DNA from: Selaginella moellendorffii | Taxonomy: Eukaryota > Plantae > Lycopodiophyta | Assembly: GCF_000143415.4 (NCBI RefSeq) | Contig: NW_003314318.1 | Span: 1,227,690 to 1,291,689 of the forward strand | Length of the DNA: 64,000 bases | Reading direction: 5' to 3' | In this document: positions 11,036 to 22,990 of the stretch, in pieces | Layout: each line of letters starts with the position of its first letter | How positions within the stretch are numbered: position 1 is the stretch's first letter | Notes under the pieces: model-generated | Told to the model about the DNA's origin: nothing | What the model saw: the letters and a program-made list of their open reading frames with translations, nothing else | Databases searched by the model: none | Program-made: the position numbers and the translations under genes

Positions 11036-14000
11036 TCACTTCTCTTCGTAGCGAACTTGGACTATGTACTGCAACTTCACCTGGAAACAAACCACATTGT
11101 CTTGCTTGAAAACCAGGGAAAAAGGATAGATTACCTGCTTTGGATCATAGACAACATACTCGTTGTAGTCGAGTGTGCAATCGTCACGACCAGATGACTT
11201 CAAGGCACCGCAAGGAACCGTGATGTTGTTTTTCCATTTGAAGTACTCTGATGAATCCGGAAGCTTCTTTCCCAGGGCCTTGATCGCAACCTTCTCGCGC
11301 TCGTACTTGGCAACGTCCTGCGAAGGGATAGAATTAAAATGAGAAGGGTGCTTGAGAGTCTTTACTAACCTCTTCTGGTTTTGGAAGCTCGAGCACATTA
11401 TCGCCCAGGCCAACGACGGCCAGCATCAAAAATCCTTCTGGTCGGTCCACTCCAGTGAAGGCGTAGCTAGCTGCTTTGCACGACGCGTCGGTGCAGTAGA
11501 GACCCTTGCCAAACTGAGAAGCAAATGAAACGTTATGGCAGTCGCACAAAATTGGACAATTCCAATACCATGTAGCCAGGAACAGGAGCGTTGTAGATTG
11601 CCGGCTGCATTCCCTGAGCCAAAGTGCTGATAAGATTGCAAGTCCTTGTTCCTAGAAATACCTCCGTCAGTACGTACGAAAGCAGGGAAAAAAAACCTCT
11701 TTCACGTACCGCACCAAAGAAGCACTTTGTTTTTCAGCTTGTCGACTTCTTCGAACGAAGGTCCCGCACTGCTTTCAACCATGAATAACTCCTCCATGAC
11801 AATGCTGACAGACTGAGAAAGTAACAAAAAAACGTTTAGTTACGCGCTGTGCTAACGGAAGAGACAACTTACCACATCGTCATACTTAACTGGCTCGTAA
11901 GTTTTCTCCAGGTATTTCTGAACCATCTTATAATCGTCACTTTCTTTGTCCACGCAAGTCATGGTGCTGTTAAGCTTAGCGTAGCGATCGGATAAAGGAT
12001 CGTCCAATGTGTCACCAGTCATATCACCTATGATATGTGATGCCACTGATATCGCTTTCAGAGATTCCAGTACGCTTGCACCCTGGGAAACAATATTAGA
12101 CATCATCAATCTTCGATTTGCAGAAGTACCAGTTCGGTGAGGTGAGCAATATCACTGATGACGGTCGGGTGAGTTGAAGGAACCAGCGAAAACCACTTGT
12201 TACTGAAGTCCAGGCACATTTGTTCGTGTTTCTTGCTGTCAGATTCCTTCCGCAAGAAGTCTGCAAACTCCAAGAGGCACTCCTCGCCTGCCAGTCCAAT
12301 TTGTTAAATCATAACCTTCTGTTAACACGAGCTTACATCGCTTGAAGTGAAACTCCGAGAGACTTCCTAGAGGTAGCTCCGGCGAGTTGATTCCCATCTC
12401 AAACATTGCATGCCTGTTCATAACACCGAAAGTTAACAAACTGCGAGAAGCATTAAACCCGTAACAAACCTGTAGACGGCTTGACTGAATAGGCACTTGC
12501 AAAATCGGGCAACTTTTGGATCGAGTTTGCAATGCACAGCAACAACACCAAGCTGCTGGTCTTGCAGTCCTCCTGCCCTCGCGTCGCACACATCATCCTA
12601 GAAGAATTGCATGATTTACGACAAAATGTTCTCGACATACCATGTCCACAGGATAGAACTTTGAACGCTTCTTTGTGAACTTCTTCTCTCGTTCCCATGC
12701 TTCAAACTCGTTTCCAGTTATCTCTTTGAACAATGCAGCAAAATTATGGATAGCTTTGTTGACATCAGTCTGCTCGTCCATCCTTTCGTTCACAGGCACG
12801 CCAGTCGCAAGTCGACCTCTCTTGTGGTAAAAATAGAGAGTGCCATCCGGCACTTGAACAAGCTGCTGGGCGGCACAACTGAAAGAAAGCACACACCATA
12901 CATTATCCCAAAACCCGCTTAAATGCACTTACTGATTGAGGCCACTTGTCTGATCGCAGATAGAGAATGCGCAATTGTAGACAATCCCTTCGTGTTCAAA
13001 CACACGCCCTCCTTCTTTGTCGAGCTCGCTGTCCTTGTGAACATACTTCTTGCCCGCCAGTTTTATCTGCAAAAAGCGTACAACAGGCTTGTGAATGTAA
13101 ACCACGGCAACCAGAGATTTACTTCATCAGTTAAGTAGGTGCTACTGTCCACGTTTTGATCTGCAGCCACACCTTGGTCCACCTGTTGTTTCTTCGCAGC
13201 GCGTTTGTCGCCCTCAGCTTGAGCGCCGAAGAGGTAAGGCGCAAAATCTAAGACTTCGTTCTTTGATAAACAATCCTGAAGCCAGGATTCCTTGACGACA
13301 GGAATGTTTTTGGACCTGGAGGCTCAGACCGGAAAGTCAGATTGAAAGTAGAGCGATAGCAAAACCTGGCGTCGCCTATCTTCGCGTAGACACCGCTTGA
13401 CAAGTCGCTCTCAGCTACTACCAAGCAAGTTATGCCTATACATTGAATGAAGTGAGAAAGAAGTCTACTTGTTGCCCAAAAAGTCACCTTCTTTCAGAGC
13501 GTGCGCAACCTTGCCACCGTGTTTTTCGAAGTCCCCTCGCAACTTGTACTGATATAAGAAAACGTTAAGGCCCCTTGAACGAAAAGAAATGACAAAACCT
13601 GCGGACGTTTAGTCCGGCCAGCGAGTAAAATATGCATTCCAGAAAACGGTTTTCCGGGAGCAGGCTTTGCCGAATCTTCCGTATGCCGCACAGGCCTCTT
13701 TTCGGTATCGTGTTCTTGCTCCCACTGTACAAGGTTTAGCACTTGAAACCCAAGACGTTTAAACTTCAGCGAACCTTGGTTATGTAGTCATTCTTCAGCT
13801 GTTTTGGAATCTTGAGCGGCTCTTTCTTGCGTGGAACATTCTTTGTAGAAAAGCCACATTTGGACCACTCGGAAATGTAGCCAGTGCAAGTGTACTCGTG
13901 AACTGCGAACTTCAGCGCACCACCGCAGCTTGGGCAAGGCTCCAGCGGCCCGTACATCATTTGATCAGCACTAAAATGCAATTTATAAAAGAAAAGTTAA

Positions 14001-14280
14001 GAAAGAAAAACCACAAGAAGGAAAGCCATTCGTCATACCAATGCTCGTAAACGGAGATGGAAGAATCCATCTCCTGGGCGTTCTCGGAAAGGATCGCCCT
14101 CGCCTCCTCCTCGGACACATTGCTCTTGAGCTTCTCCACAAACTCGTGGAAGTTCTTGACGTCTTGCTCCCGGCTCTTGGCGTCGCCACCACCGCCAGTC
14201 TTTTGCTTCTTGAGCTGCTTCTCGTCATCCATGGCCTGCTTGCCCCGCACCTCGGCGGATCTCGTCCCCACCCTGCTCAT
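11036..14280 (-). CDS. PARP3: Poly(ADP-ribose) polymerase 3-like (PADR1 Zn finger, BRCT, WGR, regulatory and catalytic domains)
   Basis: DQMMYGPLEPCPSCGG...CTGYISEWSKC, LDDPLSDRYAKL, KVLLWCG (Cys in place of the catalytic His, a PARP3 signature), FGKGLYCTD, LDYNEYVVYDPKQ. Confidence 0.9.
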
Positions 14281-14359
14281 TTTCTCTGCCTCCCTGGAAA
14301 AATTGTGTCAGCTAAAGCTCGAGTAAGGGAAATAATCCGGGGTTTGGCGCTGCTATGTG

Positions 14360-14407
14360 TGCATGGTGTCTACACTCGGCTCGGCGTCACGTGTCCCGTG
14401 GACGTGG
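14360..14407. promoter_or_regulatory. RY motif plus two ABRE/G-box elements upstream of PARP3
   Basis: TGCATG at 14360-14365, CACGTGTC at 14388-14395 and GACGTGG at 14401-14407, all within 130 bp of the ATG. Confidence 0.5.
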
Positions 14408-14684
14408 GCCAGTCCATCTTCGTCAGCTGGCAAACCCCGTTTAAACGCTCCGGCTTTACGCAGCACATATTAAGTAGTGCGTAGTAATGCATATACGTAT
14501 CCCTGGAAAATCGAGCAGATTGTAAGAATCGAAACAAAGCTATACAACCTACTACGCTCACGCTGGAACATCGTTGTAGTAAAATACAGTCGAGCTTGGA
14601 AAGAAGAGCACTGTTTACTCGTAAAGCTATTGTGTATTACGTCAAATTCGTTAACAGAAGAAAGTAAGAAACTAAAGAATGACC

Positions 14685-17357
14685 TCATTTATCCCAGACG
14701 ACTGCGTCTATTTCATCCCGCGCGCTTTTATAGAGGTCGAGCCTCTTGCCGCAAGCCGAGCGACGTTCCATGAGCCCCGGATCCTCGTCCAGCATCTGTG
14801 CCAGCTGCTTCCCCTGCGGAGTTTGTACAGGAAATTTGTATGAGATAAACAAGTTTCGAGGCTGAAGGTTTCCTATCTACCTCTCGCTTGCCGATCTGTG
14901 CGTAAAAGTTGTGGAGCAGCGAGCGCTTGGCTTCGCGAACTTGACAGTGAACAACGGCTTTGGGAACAGCGTTCTTGAGCATTTCGCAGACCATGTGAAC
15001 GTATTGCAGTACGTTGGATCCTGAAAACGCAAGCGATGAGCATTTGTTATGTTTTCAGCTTGGTTACGAACCTATTCGGCGCAAATGAGCTTCCCCATAA
15101 CGGTCGGCTGTTGTATTGTTCGGATGTCCTTTCTCGACTTCCTGGGGGAGTTTACGGAAGTACTCCACAGTCAGATAGCCGGCCTCCATATCCACTAGCG
15201 ACTGACAAAATTTCCTACTGTCTTCACGAAACCTCTCTAAAGCCTCCACTGCTGCAGCAGACAACTCCGCTTGAAAAGTTGGAAAGCGCTTAAGTTCCTG
15301 AAGGCGTAAACTTGTGAGCACATATAAAATTAACATCATAGCATTTTACCTGGGTCTCGTTTATAGCTTTCCTCACAAGCTCTTTCAGTATAAAATGCAC
15401 CTGAAAAACAATGCACAAAATGCTCTCAACTTATAACTATAACAAATAAAAACTTACAGCATCTACAGCCGCCTCTGCTGGTCCTCTCAAATAACCAAGC
15501 GAACCTTCAATAAGTCGCCGATACGCTTGCTCTGGAGCAATCAAATGAGGCTGATAGCCATCAGCCTCTGCGATAACTTTCCGAACGTTTTGAATGGAAA
15601 GATGTCTGTCAAACGGCAGTTTCTTCACAGCTGCAGGTAGTTGGTGATCAAACACGTTATAGATTCGATCTCCTCCAGGACGTCTGACGCGATAATCAAA
15701 TGTAAAGCCAACTAAAAGCATTCCCATAAAAAACTTACCCTCCATCTAAATACGCCTTGAAAACATGGTCAAACGCCCTGCAAAGCTCTAACACGGTATA
15801 CAGTTGCCCCTAAAAATGCAAGTACTTCAGCTCCAGATATAATGAAGCGAGCTAGTCCTTTATCTTACCCCTGCGTCCGATGCAATAGGTCTCCCAAGTC
15901 GGTCAAGTTCTGCTTCTAGTTCGGTGATGGTTTTGTTTATAAGGGATTGAATACTCGGAATACGTGCCTTTATCACTGCTTCCAAATGCTGCAAAAGAGA
16001 TTTTTCAGAGCGGCCACAAAATGTTTCACAATCACCTTCGAAAGAACTCTTCCAAGATATTCAGAGCCCATGCGGCTTGCCAAATGCCTGTAATCTGGAC
16101 TTGAAGAGAAATACTCACGTTCCCTTCGTCTGGCGACGATCATGTCGACACTTTTATTTATGTCTGCTTGTGATCGATTGACAACACCGATCCAGGGACG
16201 TTGCAATCGATAGGAATGACCCTCCAACACCTGTAGAAAATCAGAGTCAATCTAAACTGAAGAATTTAGTAAACATAAAGATACTTGCATCAATAGCATT
16301 GGTTCCCTTATCCATCAGATCCAACTTTGTGAGAACTCCAAACGTTCGGTCACCTAACGCAATGTTCTAATCCATTAGAACATTGCCATGAAAATAATAT
16401 ATCTCACCCGTCGGATCGACTTCGCGTGCAAGTTTCATTGCGTCTGATGTTGCTATATCTTGATTGGCAGGAGAGATGGCCAGAATGATCGTATTTTCCT
16501 GAAGTTACAAGATGTTAAGCACTGCAAAGGTTGAATAATAACCAGAAACCAACCTTTTCAACATAAGACCTGACCATGTTTTCAATATCACCGACAATGC
16601 TTTCAGGCTGCCCGTCTGCAAAGCAAAAGGAAAAAGAAAAAAGCTAAAACATTCGTCATGAAAATTCTTACCAACAGCAATTTTCGTTAAGCCCGGAAGG
16701 TCTATCATAGTCAAATTCACGACTGCCACAAAACACAAGAAGTTAAACTCGTCGTGGAAACAATCAACCATGAAACAAACCATTTCGAGAGTAAATGCTC
16801 AGATGAATAGGAACCGGCGAGATTTGTTTGCTACGTCCAGTGATCCGATCGGTTTCGTCTTGAATCTCCTTTCTCACCAGTGCTAAGACAAATAGAAAGC
16901 GTAAGAGCTAAGTCCGCCAGAAGTAGGAGTTACCAAAGTTTCTTACCGAAGTCCGTGAATTTCTTCTTAGGTAGATGCAAAAACTCCGCGTAGTCAGGCC
17001 CATCCTCTGTCCTATGCAACTGTAGCACTAGCGGCCTCCTGGTCACAATTCCTTCAAACAAAATGCTGCTATCACCGGCGCCAAGAAAAAGACCAAAGAA
17101 TCTTACCAGACCCTCTGGGCAAGAAATCGCGCCCAACAATGCTCTCCAACACCGATGATTTCCCGGAGCTCTGGAACAATCCCGGAATAAACTTTCATTC
17201 TCCACTAAAGAAAATGCGAGACACTCACCTGGCCTCCCACCACAACCACGGACGGCAAAGATTCCCAGAGCGTCGGCAGCGCGTTGTTCCCCCCATAATC
17301 CCCCAGCACCGTGCAAGCTCGCTGGATCCGATTGATAAGCCCGATCAAGCTCTCCAT
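14685..17357 (-). CDS. DRP1: Dynamin-related protein 1 (phragmoplastin family)
   Basis: [72 protein letters not shown], and GED ending [12 protein letters not shown]. One GC-AG intron at 16231-16288. Confidence 0.95.
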
Positions 17358-17713
17358 CCCTGAGAAAGAAGAAATCCCTCCCACGAATGCGAGACGCCGG
17401 AGATAGATCCCTAGCCTAGATCAGATCTGAGAGCGCGGGATCGAAATCTGCATTGCCGCCCAGCTCCAACGCTCTCTCCGCGTCGTGCCTAGTAAAATAA
17501 AACCCTTATTTTCTCCCATCGCCATATACGCCTGGTTTAAAGAGGAGATGACCGGTTGGAAGAATCTCCCAGTCTCTTTTTAAGAACGTTGCTGTGTCTA
17601 TTCCAAGCACAACCAAAGTGGGCGAGGAATCCACATCAAAGAAGAAGCACGAAAAAAAAAAACTCTTCCATCCAGAAACTGTGATTTCTTCTTTTTTTGC
17701 TAGAACTTCTTTG

Positions 17714-19037
17714 CTAGAACCGAGCTTTGCGCTTTCTTCCAGTGTATTTGGTGTCTCTGGGAACTTCATGCCCGGCTTTTCGGCGTTGTTCTTTCTTGCG
17801 GAGAATCCAATCGCGTCCTTTTTTGTTCTTCTTCTCGAGCTTGCTTCTCTTTGCGGGTCTTTCCCTCCCGGAGAATTTCACCTGAGTGTCACAGAAACTT
17901 GAAGTTTAGTGTCTAAGGTATTTTCGCGTACCGTTCTTGCATCTTCTTCTTCATCATCCTCGTCAATCTCGTTGTCTTCACTTTCGCTTCCTCCGTCCTC
18001 GCCCTTGGGTTTTGGAAGTACGCTGGGAGGCCCAGATACCAGACAGAGAAAATACTTCTTCGCGCGAGAGCTGGAGGCATGGAACGTTAAGTTTCTCAAA
18101 GTTGAAAGGAAACTTATAGAGCTTACCTGTGAGGATAATCCACCACAAGACCGCCCGAGAAGCCACAGCGCATAGCTGCGGATGTGATCAACTCAAGCTG
18201 CACAGTGTTCTCGGGATAGATCTGGAGCACTGCTCTGGCACCTCTCGCTAGACAATGGAAGAGCGCCGTAAAGAAACATCTAAAACAACGCGAATTACTT
18301 GAAAGTTTGAAACACGAAACGCTTACTTCAGCCTCTTCCGCGGATCATTGCACGACTTATCGGCGTTGCACAGCCACTGCTCACCTAGCGAAGATCAGGT
18401 CCAACATGGAATAAAAGAGAAAGAAAGAAGGAAAAAGAGAGAGAGGACTCTACCTGGACAGCAGAAATGCTGATCGCTCCATCAAACACTCCTGGCCGTA
18501 GTCCTAATCCCTGCAAGCATTCGCAAAGTCAAGAAGAATCGTAAGAAATGAGAGTACCTGTCCTATGTCTCCTAGAAGTAAATCACCGTCCGCTTCCCGT
18601 TCTAGAGCAACTTCTGGAAGAAAAAAAGTGAAAAGAATGTCAAAACCAAGAAATCCTTCTTCTTTGTCCTAGATCACCTAGCATCGATTGTGAAATGTCC
18701 ATTCCTATCCAGTGATGACCTTTCTCGCTCAAACTTTCTCCACTCAAGCCCGATCCACAACCTGCTCGAAGAAGAGAATCAATACGAAGAAAACAATGCA
18801 AGGAGAGAAAATACCAATGTCAAGAAGAAGCTTTGGTTTGTCATCAGGCAAAGCGAGAAGCTCCATAGCCCTCTCTGTCAGCTTTGCCTTCACAAAATTC
18901 ACGAATAGCTTAAGTGTATGCTCCCAATACCACGCATTTACCTGGATATGGATGATCCGAGACGACGTCGTGTATTTTCGCGACTCGGATTCATTGTAGA
19001 AGAGCTCCGGAGGCGCCTGGCGCTCTGGCCGCGCCAT
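17714..19037 (-). CDS. BUD23: 18S rRNA (guanine-N7) methyltransferase BUD23/WBSCR22/RID2
   Basis: [15 protein letters not shown]...[37 protein letters not shown]-terminal [13 protein letters not shown]...[12 protein letters not shown]. Confidence 0.94.
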
Positions 19038-19085
19038 AAACCCTAATTCTTAGTGTCCACAAACCAAGAACCCTAAAATATCAGG
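19038..19085. promoter_or_regulatory. 48-bp head-to-head spacer with telo-box motifs
   Basis: AAACCCTAA at 19038-19046 and AACCCTAA at 19069-19076, between two divergent ATGs. Confidence 0.55.
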
Positions 19086-19690
19086 ATGAAGATGGGGCTA
19101 CTCCAATTGCCGTCTTCTTTCTCGTATCTTCTCTATAATCCACACCATCGCTCCTCCGCACGATCACCAGCATTTCCATCTGGCATTACTTGCTCGGCAG
19201 CGCGAGTGGAGCGAGCGGCGGCCTCGAGAAGGAGAAGATTGGTAGAAATTGGCGCAGTCTCGGACGAGAAATTCCGGACGATTGCCGCGGCGGCGGTGGC
19301 CCTCCCGATTGGAATGGCAGCGATGGCGGTCTTTGGAGCGTTTCTACTCCAGCGCCAAATCAGGATGGAAGCATTGCGGGACGTAAGTATCAACTAGGAG
19401 AAGAAATCGTGCTGACAAGAGTTTCTTTCTTCCAGGGAGAAGAATTTATTAAGCTGGTCGAGGGTGGAATGGACGAAGAGACTGCCAAGAACACAATTCT
19501 CAGTAGAATCGAGATCATAGGACCGGACCTCAGGAGCGAGTTTAGACGCAAACGTCCGCAAATTCAAGACAAGATCGAGCAGGAGCAGCAGCAGGACGAG
19601 CAAGAGCAAGAACAGGAGCAACAAACCGAGGAGCCCGAGCTGGACACGAAGATTCAAACGCCAGTGACGATGATGCGAGAAGAAAACTAA
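19086..19690 (+). CDS. Small protein of unknown function: putative plastid transit peptide, one TM helix, acidic Q/E-rich tail
   Basis: Exon 19086-19382, phase-0 GT-AG intron 19383-19435 and exon 19436-19690 join in frame (..EALRD|GEEFIKL..). Confidence 0.7.
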
Positions 19691-19716
19691 AATCTGAATG
19701 GACTGATTGATCCATC

Positions 19717-21241
19717 TTAGTTGGCGGATTGGAGGATCCTCTCTGCGACCAGCATGTCGTCTGGTGTAGTTACCTGTAAAACTATCACATTTACTGAAAG
19801 AACCACAAAGAGAAGAAAGGAGTGACTTACTTTCAAGTTGGAGTAAGAGCCCTCTGTGATGAACACTGGACGCTTCAAAAACTCCACAATGGAAACATCA
19901 TCTGTGACCTCCAATCCATCCCTGCATCAAAACCAAGTTCTTTTCACGGCCAACAAAAGAACTGTACGCTCTTGCTCACCTCTCAACAAGTCCGAATCCC
20001 TGACGAAGTAGTGATGGTTCTATAGCCTGCAAGTTAAAGCTAGTAAGTGAGGGAATGTTTCATCGAGTTTTACCTGAGGTGTTTGCATTTCCCACAAGTT
20101 CTGTCTGTTCAATGTCTTTTTGACGAAGTGATCGCTTCCTGCCTGTGGTCAAATTTACTATCAATCCAGAACGAGTATGATCTGCGTACCTCTTTGATAG
20201 TGGCTTTAACACGTACTCCAAGAACGGCAGCTCCATGCACCCAGGCATCTCTCAAAACCTGAAAACCACGCGAACAGTTTGAGTGTTTGAAAGACGAGTA
20301 AGCAACGCATACACCCTCTGTATGTCATGCCCAAGGACAAGAGGTCGCGCAGAATCATGGATACAAGCTAGCTTCGAGTCATCACTGATAGCCTGAAACA
20401 ACCGAGACAACACTAGTTCGATCAGACATGATAAGACCCAAGCAAATTTCACCTGGAGCCCGCTGAAAACAGAATCTTGTCTCTCCCTGCCAGGTAGAGC
20501 AAATTTTACGACTATCTTGATGTTTTTGCTAGCTTCTGAGAAGTAAACGTCTTGAAAAAATGATCAAACTGGCATAATGTTTGTTACCTTCAAACAGATG
20601 CTTGAATGATGGGTCACAAACCACCACAACCTCCTTAACTTCAGGCATGTTAGCAAATGTATAAAAACTGTGGCAAACGCGCTAGCATCAACAAAACGAA
20701 GACCAAGTTATTCCGCACTAACCTGTATAGCGCAATAGGCTGTCCTAGAAGAGGCAAATATTGTTTTGGCATATCAGCCTGCAAGAATAACAATCGCGAT
20801 TAGAAACTCACACAAAAGGGTAGAAAGAGTCAGACTATACCCCCATCCGCTTCCCTACGCCACCAGCAAGTAAGATCACAGATACCGAGTGCTCCGGAAC
20901 CACCTTAAGAATTTGCAAGGAATCAAACAAATCAGCTTCTAAAGGGCTGGAAATCAAGAAACCAACCTCAGAGTCTTCCTTCACCAAGCTGGATGCACAT
21001 AGAGCTGCTGCATTGGCCTTTACTAGCAATCTTGGAACTGCAAGGAAGACAAGAATACTGGGGGTTGATCCAAAACTTATGTTCCATGAGAACCTGAGCG
21101 TGTCAGCAACACACTTTGCTTCCGAGAACAAGCACCAGCAGCACCACAAGGAGCAGCAGAGGAGAATTCACTCTGATATTGAAGCTTGGATTGCCCACCG
21201 CTCGAAAGGGGTACTATGATTCCGGGAGCCACAGCCGCCAT
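19717..21241 (-). CDS. ispD: 2-C-methyl-D-erythritol 4-phosphate cytidylyltransferase (MEP pathway, plastid)
   Basis: Transit peptide MAAVAPG..., [58 protein letters not shown]. Confidence 0.94.
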
Positions 21242-21270
21242 AGCCAGAGCAGTGATGAAAACCCGATTGG

Positions 21271-22330
21271 TCAAAGTTGAGGTTGAGGGTTTGCCCACAA
21301 ACTGTAGTATAAGAACAACTTCCAGAAAAATGTCGGGGCTGCAGATGCTGCTACTAAGACCATACTTATGTTCGCGCTAGTGTTCAAAACAACTAACAAT
21401 CAAACGTAGTCATTTCATCAACAGCCAACAAGAAGTTTTCGTCTTCCATTTCTTACCTTGCAGAGCGACTCCATTGGAGATCAGTACCAACACCTCAATC
21501 ACCAACGCGATATGCGGGGAGAAGTCCCATATCTGCACGAAGCAAGGAACACATAATCGACATACTCGTCGTGCAAATGCAAAGGAAGGATACCATACCA
21601 TCATCGCAAAAATGAAAAGCTTGAAGTAGCTTGAAGAAGTGATTGCGGTAAGGATGTCCATTAAACTCGTCGAGCTGGAACGTTTCTTTGTGAAGAATCT
21701 GTGCATGATCCAGATGCCTGTGATATAGCTACTGAAAGTCACTGCTGCTTTGGCCAACATCTATATCATCGTCACGGAATGTAAAGCACAACTTCTAGAT
21801 CAAATTGCTAGATCACCTTAGCCGATCGATACGAGATGGCAGCGGCCCTCTCAGTGCTAAAATAGTCGTAGAGACATGCTTCCAAAACAACAAGTAGAAG
21901 AACTGCCATCACTACGACCTGCTTTCAAACGACAAAATCAGCTCCCCTCGAGAGAATCGAAAGAGCGAAACACTTACTTTCGAACTTAGAGCGTTGCTGT
22001 TGAAGAACAAGTGCCGGTAAGCCTCTGGCTTGTGCAAGACAATATCAACGAAAACAATCTGGAAAACACGATCCATCATCAAACGCAGAAAGTAGAAGAT
22101 CATCGATCGGAATGACAAGCTTACAATCGGCTCGCACTCCACATATTCATCAGCGACGCATCCACATTTTGGCTGAAAAACAAAACAGAGACAAGATAAA
22201 GAACACGAAGCGATCGAGAACGATTTCCCGCAGATCATCAAGAACTTACGCATTTCCGGAGGCGCAGATTGCCCGGCGAGTACTGCACAAAGGTGCCGAT
22301 CACGGGCGATCCACAGTGCACGCAGCGCAT
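21271..22330 (-). CDS. ARV1: ARV1-family sterol/lipid homeostasis membrane protein
   Basis: Arv1 homology domain MRCVHCG...YSPGNLRLRKC|PKCGCVADEYVECE..IVFVDIVLHKPEAYRHLFFN; TM segments; last exon VALQVVLN...WANPQPQL* with the stop at 21271-21273. Confidence 0.88.
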
Positions 22331-22485
22331 CCTCGCGGAGAATCAAAACCCTAGACCCCGCGGCACAAGAGCACAAAATATTTATTTCCATTGCATTTGC
22401 AGAGACTCGGGGTAAGAGAAAGAATTGCTATTAACACGAGTAGATAGTAAAACTAGCTGCCAAGAAGCTCGGTAAATTCTCCCCG

Positions 22486-22911
22486 CTAGTAGCCACACAA
22501 GCCATAGTCGCAGCGCTTGTTCTTACACACGCGGCCACATTTGCCGCAGTTGCGACTGTCGCGAAGGAGATTGACGCAGCGACCTCTGCAACAGGAATAT
22601 CCCCAGGGGCATCTATTCCAGCAGCTCCCACAGTAGTTTCTATTGGTGAGAATATCCACGCACTGCCTGTTGCAACACGTAGGCCCGGCGGGATTGTACC
22701 TCCCATCCAAGCAAATCGCGGGCTTCCTATCGCAAGTCGCCGGACGTCTTCCACCCCAGAACCACTCGTCCTTGCTTGGACGGGACCATTCCTCCTCTTT
22801 GCTAGGTGGCGGAGATGGAGACGTGGTGGTGCTGGCGAGAGAGGACGAGATCAAGGACGAGAGGAGGAGAATCGCGAGGAATCCCATCAGCCTTTGCCTC
22901 GATCCCGCCAT
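22486..22911 (-). CDS. STIG1-like (stigma-specific/GRIM REAPER family) secreted cysteine-rich peptide
   Basis: Signal peptide plus the STIG1 Cys pattern CC..QCVDILTNRNYCGSCWNRCPWGYSCCRGRCVNLLRDSRNCGKCGRVC. TATA box at about 23028-23034. Confidence 0.9.
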   Translation of the reverse strand: MAGSRQRLMGFLAILLLSSLISSSLASTTTSPSPPPSKEEEWSRPSKDEWFWGGRRPATCDRKPAICLDGRYNPAGPTCCNRQCVDILTNRNYCGSCWNRCPWGYSCCRGRCVNLLRDSRNCGKCGRVCKNKRCDYGLCGY

Positions 22912-22926
22912 TGTTTCTTCCGGATT

Positions 22927-22990
22927 GATAGATCCTGCGAGAAAATCGATAGATCCTGCCAGAGAATTGGTAGATCCTGCGAGGAAACGA
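22927..22990. repeat. Three imperfect 21-bp tandem repeats in the STIG1-like 5' leader
   Basis: TAGATCCTGC core repeated three times at 21-bp spacing. Confidence 0.8.

Noticed and set aside
17506-17769. 87-aa minus-strand ORF after BUD23
   Set aside because: Alternative frame overlapping the true BUD23 C-terminus and 3' UTR.
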